A stretch of DNA of 48,130 nucleotides from Actinomycetota bacterium (lineage in GTDB: Bacteria; Actinomycetota; UBA4738; HRBIN12). Shown here piece after piece: positions 19,380 to 30,089 of the stretch. The first letter of the stretch is position 1, and each line of letters begins with the position of its first letter. The DNA lies in NCBI GenBank assembly GCA_046716145.1, contig JBKJXU010000021.1, forward strand, positions 1-48,130, written 5' to 3'. Below the pieces are notes generated by a model that was not told the origin of the DNA, made no database searches, and worked only from the letters and a program-made list of their open reading frames with translations. Position numbers and translations under genes: made by a program.

Positions 19380-20468
19380 CTACGGGTCCGTGAGCACCGG
19401 ATGCGGAACCTCGGGGAGGCTCGCGAAGATCATGCGGCCGGTCGCCGTCTGGATCACGTTGCGGACCCGCGCCTCCACCTGGCTCCCGATCCGCTCGGCC
19501 GCCTGGTGGATCACGACCATGGTGCCGTCGTCGAGATAGCCCACGGCCTGTCCGTGCTCGCGTCCCTCCTTGACCAGGCGCACGACCAGTTCGTCCCCGG
19601 CCGAGTACGGGACGCGGAACTTCGAGGCCAGCGCGTTCACCTGGGCAACCTTCACGCGGAGGGCTTCGGCCACCCTCGCCAGGTTGTGATCGACGGTGAT
19701 GAGGGAGGCGCCGCTCTCACGGGCGAGCCGGACCAGGGCGGCGTCCACGTCCATGACGCCGGCCTCCTCCACGAGCTTGAACTGGACGGTCGGGGACTTC
19801 TGAAGCTCGACCAAGGAGTCCAGGCCGCGACGACCACGGGTGCGCCGGCCGGGGTCGGAAGAGTCCGAGATGGCCTGCAACTCACGCAGGACGCCGTCGT
19901 GCAGCAAGATCGTGCCCGATACGAACCCGGTCGCAACCAGATCGACGATCCTTCCGTCGATCAGCGCGCTCGTATCGACGACGTGCGCTTCGCCGGTACC
20001 GCGCGCCGAGGCACGTGGCTTCATCCCGACGAGCGCGAAGATGTCCTCATGTTTGGCTTGGCCCGTCCGGATCCCGAGGGAACCCATCACCATGAAGATG
20101 AACACCGCCCCGGGCCAGGTGAACCGGAACGGCAGGAGGAGCAGTGGGACACAGAGCAGCACCGCCACGACGAGCGCGACCACGAGGCCGACCACACCTC
20201 CGGCGACTTCGGCCGCCGAGCGTCGGCGGAGCTCCTTCTCGATGCCGCTCACCGCTTCGAGCGTCAGACGCCCGGCGACCCCGCCCAGGACGTAGCCGCA
20301 GGCAGCACCGAGGAACACGTAGGCGAGCGTGGAGGAGGACTGTTCGTTCTCGGTCGCGAGCACGCCGACCCGATATCCCGTGGTGGCGAGGGTGGCCATG
20401 ACGACGAGGCGGACGCCTTCCACCAGCCGCCCGCGCAACCGCCCGGTCCGCCCCGCGTCTTCAGCCAT
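19380..20468 (-). CDS. Membrane PIN/TRAM domain protein (YacL-like)
   Basis: TM helices, VDTSALIDGRI, RGRRGLD, GYLDDGTMVV, GRMIFA. Confidence 0.92.
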   Translation of the reverse strand: MAEDAGRTGRLRGRLVEGVRLVVMATLATTGYRVGVLATENEQSSSTLAYVFLGAACGYVLGGVAGRLTLEAVSGIEKELRRRSAAEVAGGVVGLVVALVVAVLLCVPLLLLPFRFTWPGAVFIFMVMGSLGIRTGQAKHEDIFALVGMKPRASARGTGEAHVVDTSALIDGRIVDLVATGFVSGTILLHDGVLRELQAISDSSDPGRRTRGRRGLDSLVELQKSPTVQFKLVEEAGVMDVDAALVRLARESGASLITVDHNLARVAEALRVKVAQVNALASKFRVPYSAGDELVVRLVKEGREHGQAVGYLDDGTMVVIHQAAERIGSQVEARVRNVIQTATGRMIFASLPEVPHPVLTDP

Positions 20469-20560
20469 CGGCTCCATCCACGCGATCAGAGGGAAGGCGA
20501 AAGCCTCCCTCCTTGGGGTCATCGGAACGGGGGCTTCAGAACCTGAGGAACGGCCCGAGG

Positions 20561-21076
20561 CTAGGCCTGGGCGGCGACGACCTTGGCGCCGTGGGCGTCA
20601 TCCAAGATGCCGTCGATCATGGTTTCGGCGTCGTCATCGCTCTTGCCCGTAGCATGCGCGAGTTCGGAGATGAGGATCTGCCGCGCCTTCGTGATCATGC
20701 GCTTCTCGCCGGCTGAAAGACCCTTCTCGCGATCGCGGATGGCGAGGTTTCGAAGCACTTCGGCCACCTCGTACGGATCACCGGAATGGAGCTTCTCGAG
20801 GTTGTTCTTGAACCGGCGACTCCAGTTGGCCGCCACGGAGGTCTCGTCCTCCGTGAGCACCTTCAGGACCTTCTTGACCTCGTTCTTGCTGACGCACGGC
20901 CGCAAACCGACCTGCTCGGTCGAATCCGTAGGAACGAGCACCGTCAGGTCGCCGTAGACCACCCGAAGGACGAGGTACTTCCGCTTCTCCCCGAGGAACT
21001 CCTTCTCCCGAACCTCTTCGATCAGTGCAGCGCCGTGCTCTGGATGCACGACGGTCTCGCCCTTTCGGAACGCCAC
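20561..21076 (-). CDS. carD: CarD family RNA polymerase-binding regulator
   Basis: VVHPEHGA, NWSRRFK, GLSAGEKRM. Confidence 0.95.
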   Translation of the reverse strand: MAFRKGETVVHPEHGAALIEEVREKEFLGEKRKYLVLRVVYGDLTVLVPTDSTEQVGLRPCVSKNEVKKVLKVLTEDETSVAANWSRRFKNNLEKLHSGDPYEVAEVLRNLAIRDREKGLSAGEKRMITKARQILISELAHATGKSDDDAETMIDGILDDAHGAKVVAAQA

Positions 21077-21216
21077 GAACCCTCCCTTGCGAAGATGTCC
21101 AGGATAGGCGGAGCCGGGATGAACTAGTCAGTAGGGTAGCACCCATACACATTCCAGGGCAACCCGAAACCGCAGGTCAGAGTGTGTATCTCTTGCCTCG
21201 GCGGGCAGCGTACGGT

Positions 21217-22566
21217 CTACGCCGGAAGGCTCTTCGGGTGCTCCGAGCGGGCCCCTGCACACCAGGTCAGCGCCTGTGCGAGGCGCTGGACCGTCACGAT
21301 GCGTACACCCTCGAGCGCGGCAGGGCGGCCTTCCGGGACGTACGCCACCCGGCACCCGGCAGCCCGGGCCGCCGCGAGCCGCTGGTGCATCGCCGGCGCG
21401 GGCCGGATGAGCCCGGTGAGCGCTACCTCGCCGACGAACGCCGCCCCCTGCGGCGGTGCGACACCCGTGGCGGCGGAAGCCAGCGCGGCGGCGATCGCAA
21501 GGTCGCAAGCAGGGTCATCGACGCGAACGCCCCCCGAGGCGGCTCCGAACAGTTCGGTGCGCCCGAGCGGGAGCCCGAGGGTCCGCTCGAGCACGGCGGC
21601 CACCAACTGGAACCGTCGCGGGTCCAACCCCGTGGCCTGCCGCCGCCCGGGGCCCTCGGTGGTGCCCACCAGGGCCTGGACCTCGACCGCGAGGGCTCTG
21701 CGACCGCGCTGGGGGAGCGCGATGGCGGCCCCCGGGAGACGCTCCCCCGGAACGAGGAGCGCCGACGGGTCGATCGGCACCAAGCCCGCCGTGCCCATCT
21801 CGAACCAGGCGGTCTCCCCTTCGGCACCGAAGCGATTCTTGCCCGCCGCCAGGACACGCAGCCCCGACCGGGGATCGCCGTCGAACGACAGGACGACATC
21901 CACGGCGTGCTCCATCGCCCGCGGGCCGGCGAGGTCGCCGTCCTTCGTGACGTGCCCGGTGAGCACGACGGCGATGCCGGTGTGCTTCGCCAGGCCGACC
22001 AGCGCGTCCGTGGAGGCCCTGACCTGCGCGACCCCACCGGGAGCGTGGGTCGCGTCGGGATCGCGGATCGTCTGGATCGAGTCGACGGCCAGGACCGCGG
22101 GAGGCGCGGAGGACGCGGCCTGCAGCACCGGTTGCAGTTCCCGGCCCGGGAGGAACTGGATGGCGGCCGCGTCGACGCCGATCCGCCGCGCACGGGCCGC
22201 GATTTGCCCACGGGACTCCTCACCCGATGCGAGCAGACACGGCCGCCCCGCCGCCGCCAGGGCGCCGAGGAGGTGCAGGAGCAGCGTGGACTTGCCGATG
22301 CCGGGCTCGCCGGCTAGCAGGCTCACCGATCCCGGCACGAGGCCACCGCCCAGCACCCGGTCCAGCCCCTCGATGCCGGTCTCGATCCGTTGCTCCTCCT
22401 CGGCCACCGGCTGGCCCAAAGGCGTGGTGGTCACGGCTGCGAGGCGGGGCCCCGTCACTCGCTCCTCGAGGGTTCCCCAGCCCCCGCACGCCCCACATCT
22501 GCCCCCCCACTGTGCGCTCCGCTGTCCGCAGGCAGCGCACACGAACTCGGCCCTCACCTTCGCCAT
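21217..22566 (-). CDS. radA: DNA repair protein RadA/Sms
   Basis: C4 zinc finger, GEPGIGKST, DSIQT, KNRFG. Confidence 0.97.
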   Translation of the reverse strand: MAKVRAEFVCAACGQRSAQWGGRCGACGGWGTLEERVTGPRLAAVTTTPLGQPVAEEEQRIETGIEGLDRVLGGGLVPGSVSLLAGEPGIGKSTLLLHLLGALAAAGRPCLLASGEESRGQIAARARRIGVDAAAIQFLPGRELQPVLQAASSAPPAVLAVDSIQTIRDPDATHAPGGVAQVRASTDALVGLAKHTGIAVVLTGHVTKDGDLAGPRAMEHAVDVVLSFDGDPRSGLRVLAAGKNRFGAEGETAWFEMGTAGLVPIDPSALLVPGERLPGAAIALPQRGRRALAVEVQALVGTTEGPGRRQATGLDPRRFQLVAAVLERTLGLPLGRTELFGAASGGVRVDDPACDLAIAAALASAATGVAPPQGAAFVGEVALTGLIRPAPAMHQRLAAARAAGCRVAYVPEGRPAALEGVRIVTVQRLAQALTWCAGARSEHPKSLPA

Positions 22567-22611
22567 AGCCTCGACCCTAGGCTCAGCCACCGACACGCTA
22601 GGCTCGCGGTG

Positions 22612-23184
22612 ATGTCCGTGCGAACGGTGAACGTGCTCTTCGCGATCCTCGCGCTGATCGCGCTCGCCGGTGTCCTGGCGTGGACCGCGGTGGCTGTCGC
22701 CTCCCGCTTGGGCATGCCGGGCATCCGCGACCGCCTGTGGAACCGAACCGCCGAGGTCGCACTCCCCCTGGCCGCGCTGGTCGCGGTGGTCGCCACCCTT
22801 GGCAGCCTCTACGAGTCCGAGGTGGCGGGGTTCACCCCGTGCGCACTGTGCTGGTACCAGCGGATCGCGATGTACCCGTTGGCGGTCATCCTGCCGATCG
22901 CGGCCGTGCGGCAGGACCGAAGGGTCCGCTCCTACGCCCTCCCGCTGACCGTCGTCGGGGCCCTCATCTCGGCCTACCACTACCACCTGGAATGGTTCCC
23001 CGGGCAAGCGTCCCCCGCCTGCACGCTCGACGCGCCGTGCACGGTCGTGTGGGTCCGCGAACTGGGGTTCGTCTCGATCCCACTCATGGCCCTCAGTGGG
23101 TTCCTCGCGGTCGCGTGGCTGACGTGGATCGCGGGGCAGCGTCCAGCCCAGGATGCCCTGCGCGCCAACGATACATCCCCCTGA
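22612..23184 (+). CDS. Disulfide bond formation protein B (DsbB/BdbC)
   Basis: PCALCWYQR, a second Cys pair and 4-5 TM helices. Confidence 0.92.
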   Translation: MSVRTVNVLFAILALIALAGVLAWTAVAVASRLGMPGIRDRLWNRTAEVALPLAALVAVVATLGSLYESEVAGFTPCALCWYQRIAMYPLAVILPIAAVRQDRRVRSYALPLTVVGALISAYHYHLEWFPGQASPACTLDAPCTVVWVRELGFVSIPLMALSGFLAVAWLTWIAGQRPAQDALRANDTSP

Positions 23185-23331
23185 GCGGGCCGCTGTCAGA
23201 CCTGCAGGGTAGGGTCGGGGTCACGGTCGGGTGAGGACGAACGGGTCACGCTCGTGGGCCGAACGTCGCGCGTGCCCCCGGGGGGCTTGGCCCCGGCTCG
23301 AACCTGCCGATATCAATCGAGTGAGGCCCAT

Positions 23332-23667
23332 ATGCGAGTGGTCAAGATCGACTTCGACGGGATCGATCGGGTCGAGGCGGAAGCCCCGGCTCCAGATGTC
23401 GATGACCTCCAGCCGCTGGTGATGGTCACCTGGCGTGACGCCTACTTCGACTTCGACCAGCAGGGCGCTGATGACTCACGGGCCGACTACCTGGTCCACA
23501 CCGTCGGGTTCCTCCTGAGTGACGGGGCCAAGTTCATCTCACTCGCACAAGAGGTGTTGCCCGACGGCGACGGCTACCGCGCCGTCACGCACATCCCGCG
23601 TTCCATCGTCGAATCGATGGTGCGGCTGCAGCCCGAGGGCCTCGACCCCGACGACACCGAGGTGTAA
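23332..23667 (+). CDS. Hypothetical small beta-rich protein
   Basis: VTWRDA..VGFL..LAQ..IP pattern, coding-like codon use and an upstream GAGG. Confidence 0.75.
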   Translation: MRVVKIDFDGIDRVEAEAPAPDVDDLQPLVMVTWRDAYFDFDQQGADDSRADYLVHTVGFLLSDGAKFISLAQEVLPDGDGYRAVTHIPRSIVESMVRLQPEGLDPDDTEV

Positions 23668-23731
23668 AGTGTTCTGTCTGGCGCCACGTCGCGCCGCATC
23701 GATCATGACCGGAAGGAGGGATGTGTGATGA

Positions 23732-24613
23732 ATGCGACCATCGCATCCGTCATCGTGCCGCGTCCCTCCGCGCACGCCTGAGCCGCACCGGCTCTCGCTC
23801 CTCGCTCGGGACGTGGTTCCCGCACGTCCACACCACCGAGCACGGGGGGCATCCGCGTTGCGACACGAAGCGTTCGAGCACTTCTTCGACGAGGGACTCG
23901 TCGAACGACATCTGAAACCGCTGAAGCACGGCAAGGAGGCGAGCGTCCACCTGTTCCGTGCGAACCCGCGCACCACGGGCGAAGACCTCGTGGCGCTCAA
24001 GCTGTATCACCCGCTGGATCGGCGGGATTTCCGCGACGAGACCCTCTATCGCGACGGCGAGTTCATCAAGGAGCGACGCATCCGCGCGGCGTTGGAGAAG
24101 AAGACGCGGTTCGGTCGCGAGGTCCAGGGGGGTCTGTGGGTCTCACGCGAATGGGAGACCCTCAAGGCACTCGACGGCAAGGTCCCGATCCCTCGTCCGA
24201 TCGAGACCACCGGGGATGCCATCCTGATGGGATACATCGGTGATGAAGATGTCCCGGCGCCGCGATTGCATGAGTACCACCACGACGACCACGACGAACT
24301 CGAGTCCCTCTGGCAGCAACTCCATCGCGCGATCGTGGGGATGCTGTACCGCGATGTCGTGCACGGCGACCTGTCGTCCTACAACGTGCTCGTCTGGGAC
24401 GGCGAGATCGTGCTGATCGACTTCCCGCAGGCAGTGGACCCGAAGAAGAATCGGCACGCGCAGGCGTTCCTGGAACGCGACGTCCGCCGGCTCGGCGAGT
24501 TCTTCGAGCACAGGGGACTGCACATGCCGTGGGACCGCATCGCGGAGGACCTGTGGACCGGGTGGACGTTCGCCGACCTCGTGCCCGAGGAGCTTCGGGG
24601 CCTCCCCATGTGA
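23732..24613 (+). CDS. RIO1-family atypical Ser/Thr kinase (start may be TTG at 23858)
   Basis: GKEASV, ALKLY, HGDLSSYN, IDFPQAV, RDV. Confidence 0.92.
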   Translation: MRPSHPSSCRVPPRTPEPHRLSLLARDVVPARPHHRARGASALRHEAFEHFFDEGLVERHLKPLKHGKEASVHLFRANPRTTGEDLVALKLYHPLDRRDFRDETLYRDGEFIKERRIRAALEKKTRFGREVQGGLWVSREWETLKALDGKVPIPRPIETTGDAILMGYIGDEDVPAPRLHEYHHDDHDELESLWQQLHRAIVGMLYRDVVHGDLSSYNVLVWDGEIVLIDFPQAVDPKKNRHAQAFLERDVRRLGEFFEHRGLHMPWDRIAEDLWTGWTFADLVPEELRGLPM

Positions 24614-24677
24614 GCCATCCGGGAGCAAGATGGCGTGTGCACCATGAGCGGATCGCCGCCGAGTGGCATCTGGATAG

Positions 24678-25196
24678 GTGATGCAGGCAGAGGGCGAGGT
24701 CGTGCGGCTCCACGAGCGGGCGGATGCTCCCAGGGACTTCCGCACCTTCTTCGAGGATGAACAGTCGCGTCTGCTGAAGACGCTCTACTTCGTGACGGGG
24801 GACCGCGCGGAGGCCGCCGACCTGATGCAGGAGGCGTTCCTGAAGCTCTGGGAGCGCTGGGACCGGATCGACGTGATCGATGACCCGAGGGCGTATCTGT
24901 TCCGGGTCGCGCTGAACGGCTCGAGGATGCGAGCGCGCGCCGCTCGTCGGGCCGCACGGCGAACGGTTCCGCTCGGCATCGTGCGCGATCCGTACGACGA
25001 TGTCGACATCCGCGAAGACGTTCGCCGGATGCTCCTCGAGCTCACCGATCGGCAACGAGCCGCCCTCCTCCTGCTCGACCTCTACGGCTACACCTCCGAA
25101 GAGGCGGGGCGGATCCTCGGGGTCCGGCCTTCGACGGTGAGATCCCTCGCCGCACAGGGACGGGCTTCGCTCCGCGCCTCGGGAGGTCCGCGATGA
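24678..25196 (+). CDS. ECF RNA polymerase sigma factor
   Basis: DLMQEAFLKLW region 2 and LTDRQRA..EAGRILGVRPSTVRS region 4. Confidence 0.92.
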   Translation: MMQAEGEVVRLHERADAPRDFRTFFEDEQSRLLKTLYFVTGDRAEAADLMQEAFLKLWERWDRIDVIDDPRAYLFRVALNGSRMRARAARRAARRTVPLGIVRDPYDDVDIREDVRRMLLELTDRQRAALLLLDLYGYTSEEAGRILGVRPSTVRSLAAQGRASLRASGGPR

Positions 25197-26212
25197 ACGA
25201 ACTCAAGGAGATCTTCGACATGGTCACCAAGCAGACGGAACCAGACCTGGACTCATGGAAGGATCAGGAAGACAGACAGCGTCGCCGGCAGCGCAACCGC
25301 CGGCTGGGCGCGTACGCGGTGGCGGCGGCGATCGTCGTGGTCGCTGCGGTCGCCATCGCGGCGTTGCGTGAAGGACGGGGAGACCAGGCGGAGCCCGCGG
25401 TGCCCCCGTCGGTGGCCCCCGGCGGAGGCCCCGCCATCACCCACTCCTTCCTGGATACCCTGAACGGGGAGCGGACACCGGTCCCCGTGGAGATGGTCGG
25501 TGGAAGGGCCCTCACGGTCTCGCCCGACGGCCAGGCGATCGCGTACAACACCTGCTGCACGTCCAGGCATGCCCTCTACGTCGCGGGTCTGGACGGGTCC
25601 GACCGCGTGACCATCACCCCCGACGACCTCAACGGGTATGCGGCGACGTGGATCGATGACGACTCGATCCTCTTCCAGGCTCGCGACGCCGGCACCAAGG
25701 AGCTCGGCGACCTATACGTCGCGAACATCTCAACCGGCGAGATGCACATGGTCACGGACCTGCCCGACGAGCGCAACGGGGCATGGATCGTGATGTCAGA
25801 TCTCAGTCCGGACGGCACGACCGTGCTGTTCCACCTCCCTCGAGGGAAGGGGTACGACGCGACGTGGGACCTGTGGACGGCGCCGCTGGCCGGTGGTGAG
25901 GCCACCCTCCTCCGCGAGGATGCCGGGTTCGCCGCCTACGCGCCGGACGGAAGGATCGTGTTCCTGGATCACCCGGTCCCGTTCGAGTCGGACGCGATCT
26001 GGATCATGGACGGCGATGGCCGCAACGCACGGTCGCTCGTTGAAGGCGGGGTCTTCACCTGGCCCCGGGTCTCCCCCGACGGCACGATGGTCGCGTACGG
26101 GAACGGGGGCAAGGCCGAGATCGTCCACATCGCGAGCGGTGATATCACGGCGTTCGACGATCCCAGCGAAGAACCGGCCTGGTACGGGAACGGCACGTTG
26201 ATCGTCGACTGA
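25193..26212 (+). CDS. Membrane-anchored TolB/PD40-like beta-propeller protein, probable anti-sigma factor
   Basis: Short cytoplasmic N-terminus, Arg-rich stretch then a TM helix, repeated SPDG; ATGA-coupled to the ECF gene. Confidence 0.8.
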   Translation: MNELKEIFDMVTKQTEPDLDSWKDQEDRQRRRQRNRRLGAYAVAAAIVVVAAVAIAALREGRGDQAEPAVPPSVAPGGGPAITHSFLDTLNGERTPVPVEMVGGRALTVSPDGQAIAYNTCCTSRHALYVAGLDGSDRVTITPDDLNGYAATWIDDDSILFQARDAGTKELGDLYVANISTGEMHMVTDLPDERNGAWIVMSDLSPDGTTVLFHLPRGKGYDATWDLWTAPLAGGEATLLREDAGFAAYAPDGRIVFLDHPVPFESDAIWIMDGDGRNARSLVEGGVFTWPRVSPDGTMVAYGNGGKAEIVHIASGDITAFDDPSEEPAWYGNGTLIVD

Positions 26213-26228
26213 CGAGCCCCAGATGCAC

Positions 26229-26255
26229 GAGGGCCGGGGCATCGCCCCGGCCTTC
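26229..26255. terminator. Hairpin between convergent genes; probable bidirectional terminator
   Basis: GAGGGCCGGGGC-ATC-GCCCCGGCCTTC. Confidence 0.7.
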
Positions 26256-26284
26256 GGCCTTGCAGTCCGGCTCGCGCCGGACGT

Positions 26285-28783
26285 CTATTCGGGTGATCCC
26301 GCGAGTTCGACGGGCGGGACATCCGGCGGAACCAGACCGCCCGTGGAGGTGAAGACGATCTCGCCGTCCACCGCGTCCACGATGACCGCCTCGCCTGCAC
26401 GGTACTCCTTGTGCAGCAGCTTCTCGGCGAGCGCATCCTCGACCAGGCGCTGGATGGTCCGTCGCAGCGGCCGTGCGCCGAGGGCCTGATCCCAACCCTG
26501 CTCGGCCAGGAGCGTCTTGGCGGCGTCGGTCAACTCGATATCGATGTCCTTGACCTGCAGTTGCTCCTCGATCCGCTTCATCATCATGTCGACGATGAGC
26601 TTCACGTCCTCGGTCTTGAGCGAGTGGAAGACGATGACCTCGTCGATGCGGTTCAGGAACTCCGGGCGGAAGCTCTTCTTCAGCTCGTCGTTCACCGCTT
26701 CCTTCATCTTCTCGTACGTCACCGCGTCATCGCGCGCCGCCGTGAATCCGATCCCGATGCCCTTGGCGATGTCACGCGTCCCCAGGTTCGAGGTCATGAT
26801 GATGATGGTGTTCTTGAAGTCCACCGCGCGGCCCTGGGCGTCGGTCAGGCGACCGTCTTCGAGGATCTGCAGCAGGGTGTTGAACACGTCGGGGTGCGCC
26901 TTCTCGATCTCGTCGAACAAGATCACCGAGAACGGCTTGCGCCGAACCGCCTCGGTCAGCTGGCCGCCCTCCTCGTAGCCGACGTAGCCGGGAGGCGAGC
27001 CGATCAGCCGGCTGACCGTGTGCTTCTCCATGTACTCCGACATGTCGAGCTGGATCAGGGCGTCCTCGTCGCCGAACAGGAACTCCGCGAGGGCCTTCGA
27101 CAGCTCGGTCTTCCCGACACCGCTGGGTCCGAGGAAGATGAACGAGCCGGAGGGACGGCGAGGGTCCTTCAGGCCGCTGCGGGTGCGGCGCATCGCCCGC
27201 GAGACGGCCGAGATGGCCTCCTGCTGGCTGATGATGCGCCTGTGGAGCTCGTCCTCCATGCGGAGCAGCTTCTCCGTCTCCTCCTCGGTGAGCTTGAAGA
27301 CCGGGATGCCGGTCCACAGGGAGAGGACTTCGGCGATCTCCTCCTCGTCGATCTCGGAGAGGATGTCCATCTCGCCGGCCTTCCAGTTCTGCTCACGCCG
27401 GGCGCGCTCTTCCTGAACCTGCCGCTCTTCATCGCGCAGCGCGGCGGCCAGCTCGAAATCCTGCCCGTCGATCGCCGACTCCTTGCGCAGGCGCACCTCG
27501 GCGATCTTCTCGTCGAGCTCACGGACATCCGGCGGGGCCGTCATCCGGCGGATCCGCATCCGGCTGCCCGCTTCATCGATGAGGTCGATGGCCTTGTCGG
27601 GGAGCTGGCGATCGGAGATGTAGCGGTCGGCGAGGTTCGCCGCCGCGACGATGGCATCATCGGTGTAGGTCACGCGGTGATGCGCCTCGTACCGGTCGCG
27701 CAGGCCCTTGAGGATGTCGATCGTGTGCGGGACGGTCGGCTCGGCCACATCGATCGGCTGGAACCGGCGCTCGAGCGCAGCGTCCTTCTCGAGGTGCTTG
27801 CGGTACTCGTCGCGCGTGGTGGCGCCGATGGTCTGCAACTCGCCGCGCGCCAACATCGGCTTCAGGATCGAGGCAGCGTCGATCGCGCCCTCGGCGGCAC
27901 CTGCACCGACCAGCGTGTGCAACTCGTCGATGAACAACACGATGTCGCCCCGGCTCTTGATCTCCTTGAGGACCTTCTTCAGCCGCTCCTCGAAGTCGCC
28001 GCGGTAGCGGGAACCCGCGACCAGCGCGCCGAGGTCGAGCGTGTAGATCTGCTTGTCCTTGAGGGTCTCGGGGACCTCGCCGTTCACGATCGCCTGTGAG
28101 AGACCCTCGACCACGGCCGTCTTGCCCACGCCCGGGTCGCCGATCAGCACCGGGTTGTTCTTCGTCCGGCGCGACAGGACCTGCATGACCCGCTCGATCT
28201 CCTTCTCACGGCCGATCACGGGGTCCAGCTTCCCCTCGCGGGCGAGCTGGGTGAGGTTGCGGCCGAACTGGTCGAGCACCGCCGAGCCCTGTCCACCCTC
28301 CTGCTGCTGCCCACCGCCGGCGGCGACCTGCTCGCCCTTGCCTCCGGTGTAGCCGGAGAGCAGCTGGATCACCGTCTGGCGGACGCGGTTCAGGTCGGCG
28401 CCCAACTTCTGCAGCACCTGGGCGGCGACGCCCTCGCCCTCGCGGATGAGTCCGAGCAGGATATGCTCGGTCCCGATGTAGTTGTGCCCGAGCTGCAGGG
28501 CCTCACGCAGCGACAGCTCCAGAACCTTCTTCGCGCGCGGGGTGAAGGGGATGTGCCCCGTCGGTGCCGCCTGGCCCTGGCCGATGATCTCTTCGACCTG
28601 CTGGCGCACGGCTTCGAGCGAGATGTTCAACGACTCGAGCGCTTTGGCGGCGACGCCCTCGCCCTCGTGGATCAGGCCGAGCAAGATGTGCTCGGTGCCG
28701 ATGTAGTTGTGGTTCAGCATCCTCGCCTCTTCCTGGGCGAGGACCACGACGCGCCTGGCGCGATCAGTGAACCGCTCGAACAT
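26285..28783 (-). CDS. clpC: ATP-dependent Clp protease ATPase subunit ClpC
   Basis: [13 protein letters not shown]-domain, two AAA modules ([16 protein letters not shown]), UVR-type middle region and GIGF loop. Confidence 0.99.
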   Translation of the reverse strand: MFERFTDRARRVVVLAQEEARMLNHNYIGTEHILLGLIHEGEGVAAKALESLNISLEAVRQQVEEIIGQGQAAPTGHIPFTPRAKKVLELSLREALQLGHNYIGTEHILLGLIREGEGVAAQVLQKLGADLNRVRQTVIQLLSGYTGGKGEQVAAGGGQQQEGGQGSAVLDQFGRNLTQLAREGKLDPVIGREKEIERVMQVLSRRTKNNPVLIGDPGVGKTAVVEGLSQAIVNGEVPETLKDKQIYTLDLGALVAGSRYRGDFEERLKKVLKEIKSRGDIVLFIDELHTLVGAGAAEGAIDAASILKPMLARGELQTIGATTRDEYRKHLEKDAALERRFQPIDVAEPTVPHTIDILKGLRDRYEAHHRVTYTDDAIVAAANLADRYISDRQLPDKAIDLIDEAGSRMRIRRMTAPPDVRELDEKIAEVRLRKESAIDGQDFELAAALRDEERQVQEERARREQNWKAGEMDILSEIDEEEIAEVLSLWTGIPVFKLTEEETEKLLRMEDELHRRIISQQEAISAVSRAMRRTRSGLKDPRRPSGSFIFLGPSGVGKTELSKALAEFLFGDEDALIQLDMSEYMEKHTVSRLIGSPPGYVGYEEGGQLTEAVRRKPFSVILFDEIEKAHPDVFNTLLQILEDGRLTDAQGRAVDFKNTIIIMTSNLGTRDIAKGIGIGFTAARDDAVTYEKMKEAVNDELKKSFRPEFLNRIDEVIVFHSLKTEDVKLIVDMMMKRIEEQLQVKDIDIELTDAAKTLLAEQGWDQALGARPLRRTIQRLVEDALAEKLLHKEYRAGEAVIVDAVDGEIVFTSTGGLVPPDVPPVELAGSPE

Positions 28784-29169
28784 CCGTCACCGTCCCTCGC
28801 GGGCGAACCCGCTTCCCGCCGGCCCCCGGGGATCCGTGGACCACGTCCTCCCCCCGAGGTACATGAGGCGCCGGTACCCGGAACGGGATCCAGCGCCGCC
28901 TGGAAGCGAGTATACCCGCGACCCCCGAACAGCTAGGAAGCTCTGAGATCGCCTCACGTCCATGTCCTTCCTTCGGAACACTCAGGCCTGAGGATGAGTC
29001 CTGACGCCGAACCGATCGTGAGCCTCCGAACTGGCCCAGAAGGACCGATCAGGAATCCCCCACGAGGGAGTCGCCGAACCCGTGATCAGTGCGGTAGACA
29101 TATCAAGACCTCGGCCCGGCGTGTCGACACACGCAGCAACGGGCGAAGAGGTCCTCCCGAGGAGAACAG

Positions 29170-29565
29170 ATGGACCTCGCAACGGCAGGGAAGGTGGACA
29201 CCGTGCGAGTGCTCGTCGTCGACGATCACCCAGCCTTCCGCCGTGCCCTGTCCTCGGCTCTCAGCATGCTGGAGGACATCGAGGTCGCGGGCGAAGCGGG
29301 CGGAGGCTTGGAGGCCTGCGACCAGGCCGAGCTCCTGCATCCCGACGCGATCATCATGGACCTGTCCATGCCCGACCTCGACGGGATCGGCGCGATGAAG
29401 CGGATCCACGAACGCGACCCCAGCCTGCCGGTCGTGATCCTCACAGCCCACGCCGACGAAGGCGTGGAGCGAGAGGCTCGGGAGGCCGGGGCTCGCGGCT
29501 TCGTCGCGAAAGGCACCGGCTTGCAGGACCTGGTGATCGTCCTGCACGAGGCGGCCGAGGGCTAG
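29170..29565 (+). CDS. Single-domain response regulator receiver (NarL-type, no HTH)
   Basis: VVDDHP, MDLSMPDLDG, LTAH, FVAK. Confidence 0.9.
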   Translation: MDLATAGKVDTVRVLVVDDHPAFRRALSSALSMLEDIEVAGEAGGGLEACDQAELLHPDAIIMDLSMPDLDGIGAMKRIHERDPSLPVVILTAHADEGVEREAREAGARGFVAKGTGLQDLVIVLHEAAEG

Positions 29566-29978
29566 TTCGAAACGGCGTCCGTCAGCGCACGCATGCGCCG
29601 CGACATCTCGACCAGCAGCGCCTTCGCCATCGAGGGATGCTTGTCGAGCAACTCGTTGAAGCTCCACGCGGGGACCGAGAATGTCGTGAGTTCCGTTCTC
29701 GCCGCGACCGTGGCCGAACGAGGGTGCCCGTCGAGCACCGACATCTCGCCGAAGTACTCCCCAGGCCCCGCGGTGGAGATCTCAGAGCCGTGCACGCTCA
29801 CGGTGGCCGTCCCCTCGACGATCAGATGGAACCCGACCCCGCTTCGGTCCTCCTCGACCACGGCCTGGCCGACGTCGAAATGAACCTCCTTCCCGGACTC
29901 CAGGACGTGGCGTAGGTCGCGATCCTTGAGCGCCGCGAACAACGGCACCGCGCGCAACTGGTCGATGGTGGCGGTCAT
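29562..29978 (-). CDS. Stand-alone cyclic nucleotide-binding domain protein
   Basis: VPLFAAL and YFGEMSVLDGHPRSATV; GGAGG RBS. Confidence 0.9.
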   Translation of the reverse strand: MTATIDQLRAVPLFAALKDRDLRHVLESGKEVHFDVGQAVVEEDRSGVGFHLIVEGTATVSVHGSEISTAGPGEYFGEMSVLDGHPRSATVAARTELTTFSVPAWSFNELLDKHPSMAKALLVEMSRRMRALTDAVSN

Positions 29979-30089
29979 CTTTCCTCCGTCTCGAGGTGGG
30001 AGCGTGAGGGAGCCTAGCGCGAGGTTCGCCCGCGCGCTACCGGCGTGCGTTCCCGAGCAAGGCAACGACGGACCGGCAGGCGCGCTCGC

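Noticed and set aside
19380-20468. PIN toxin of a toxin-antitoxin or defence system
   Set aside because: Membrane PIN/TRAM architecture in the conserved YacL position next to ispD, with no antitoxin.
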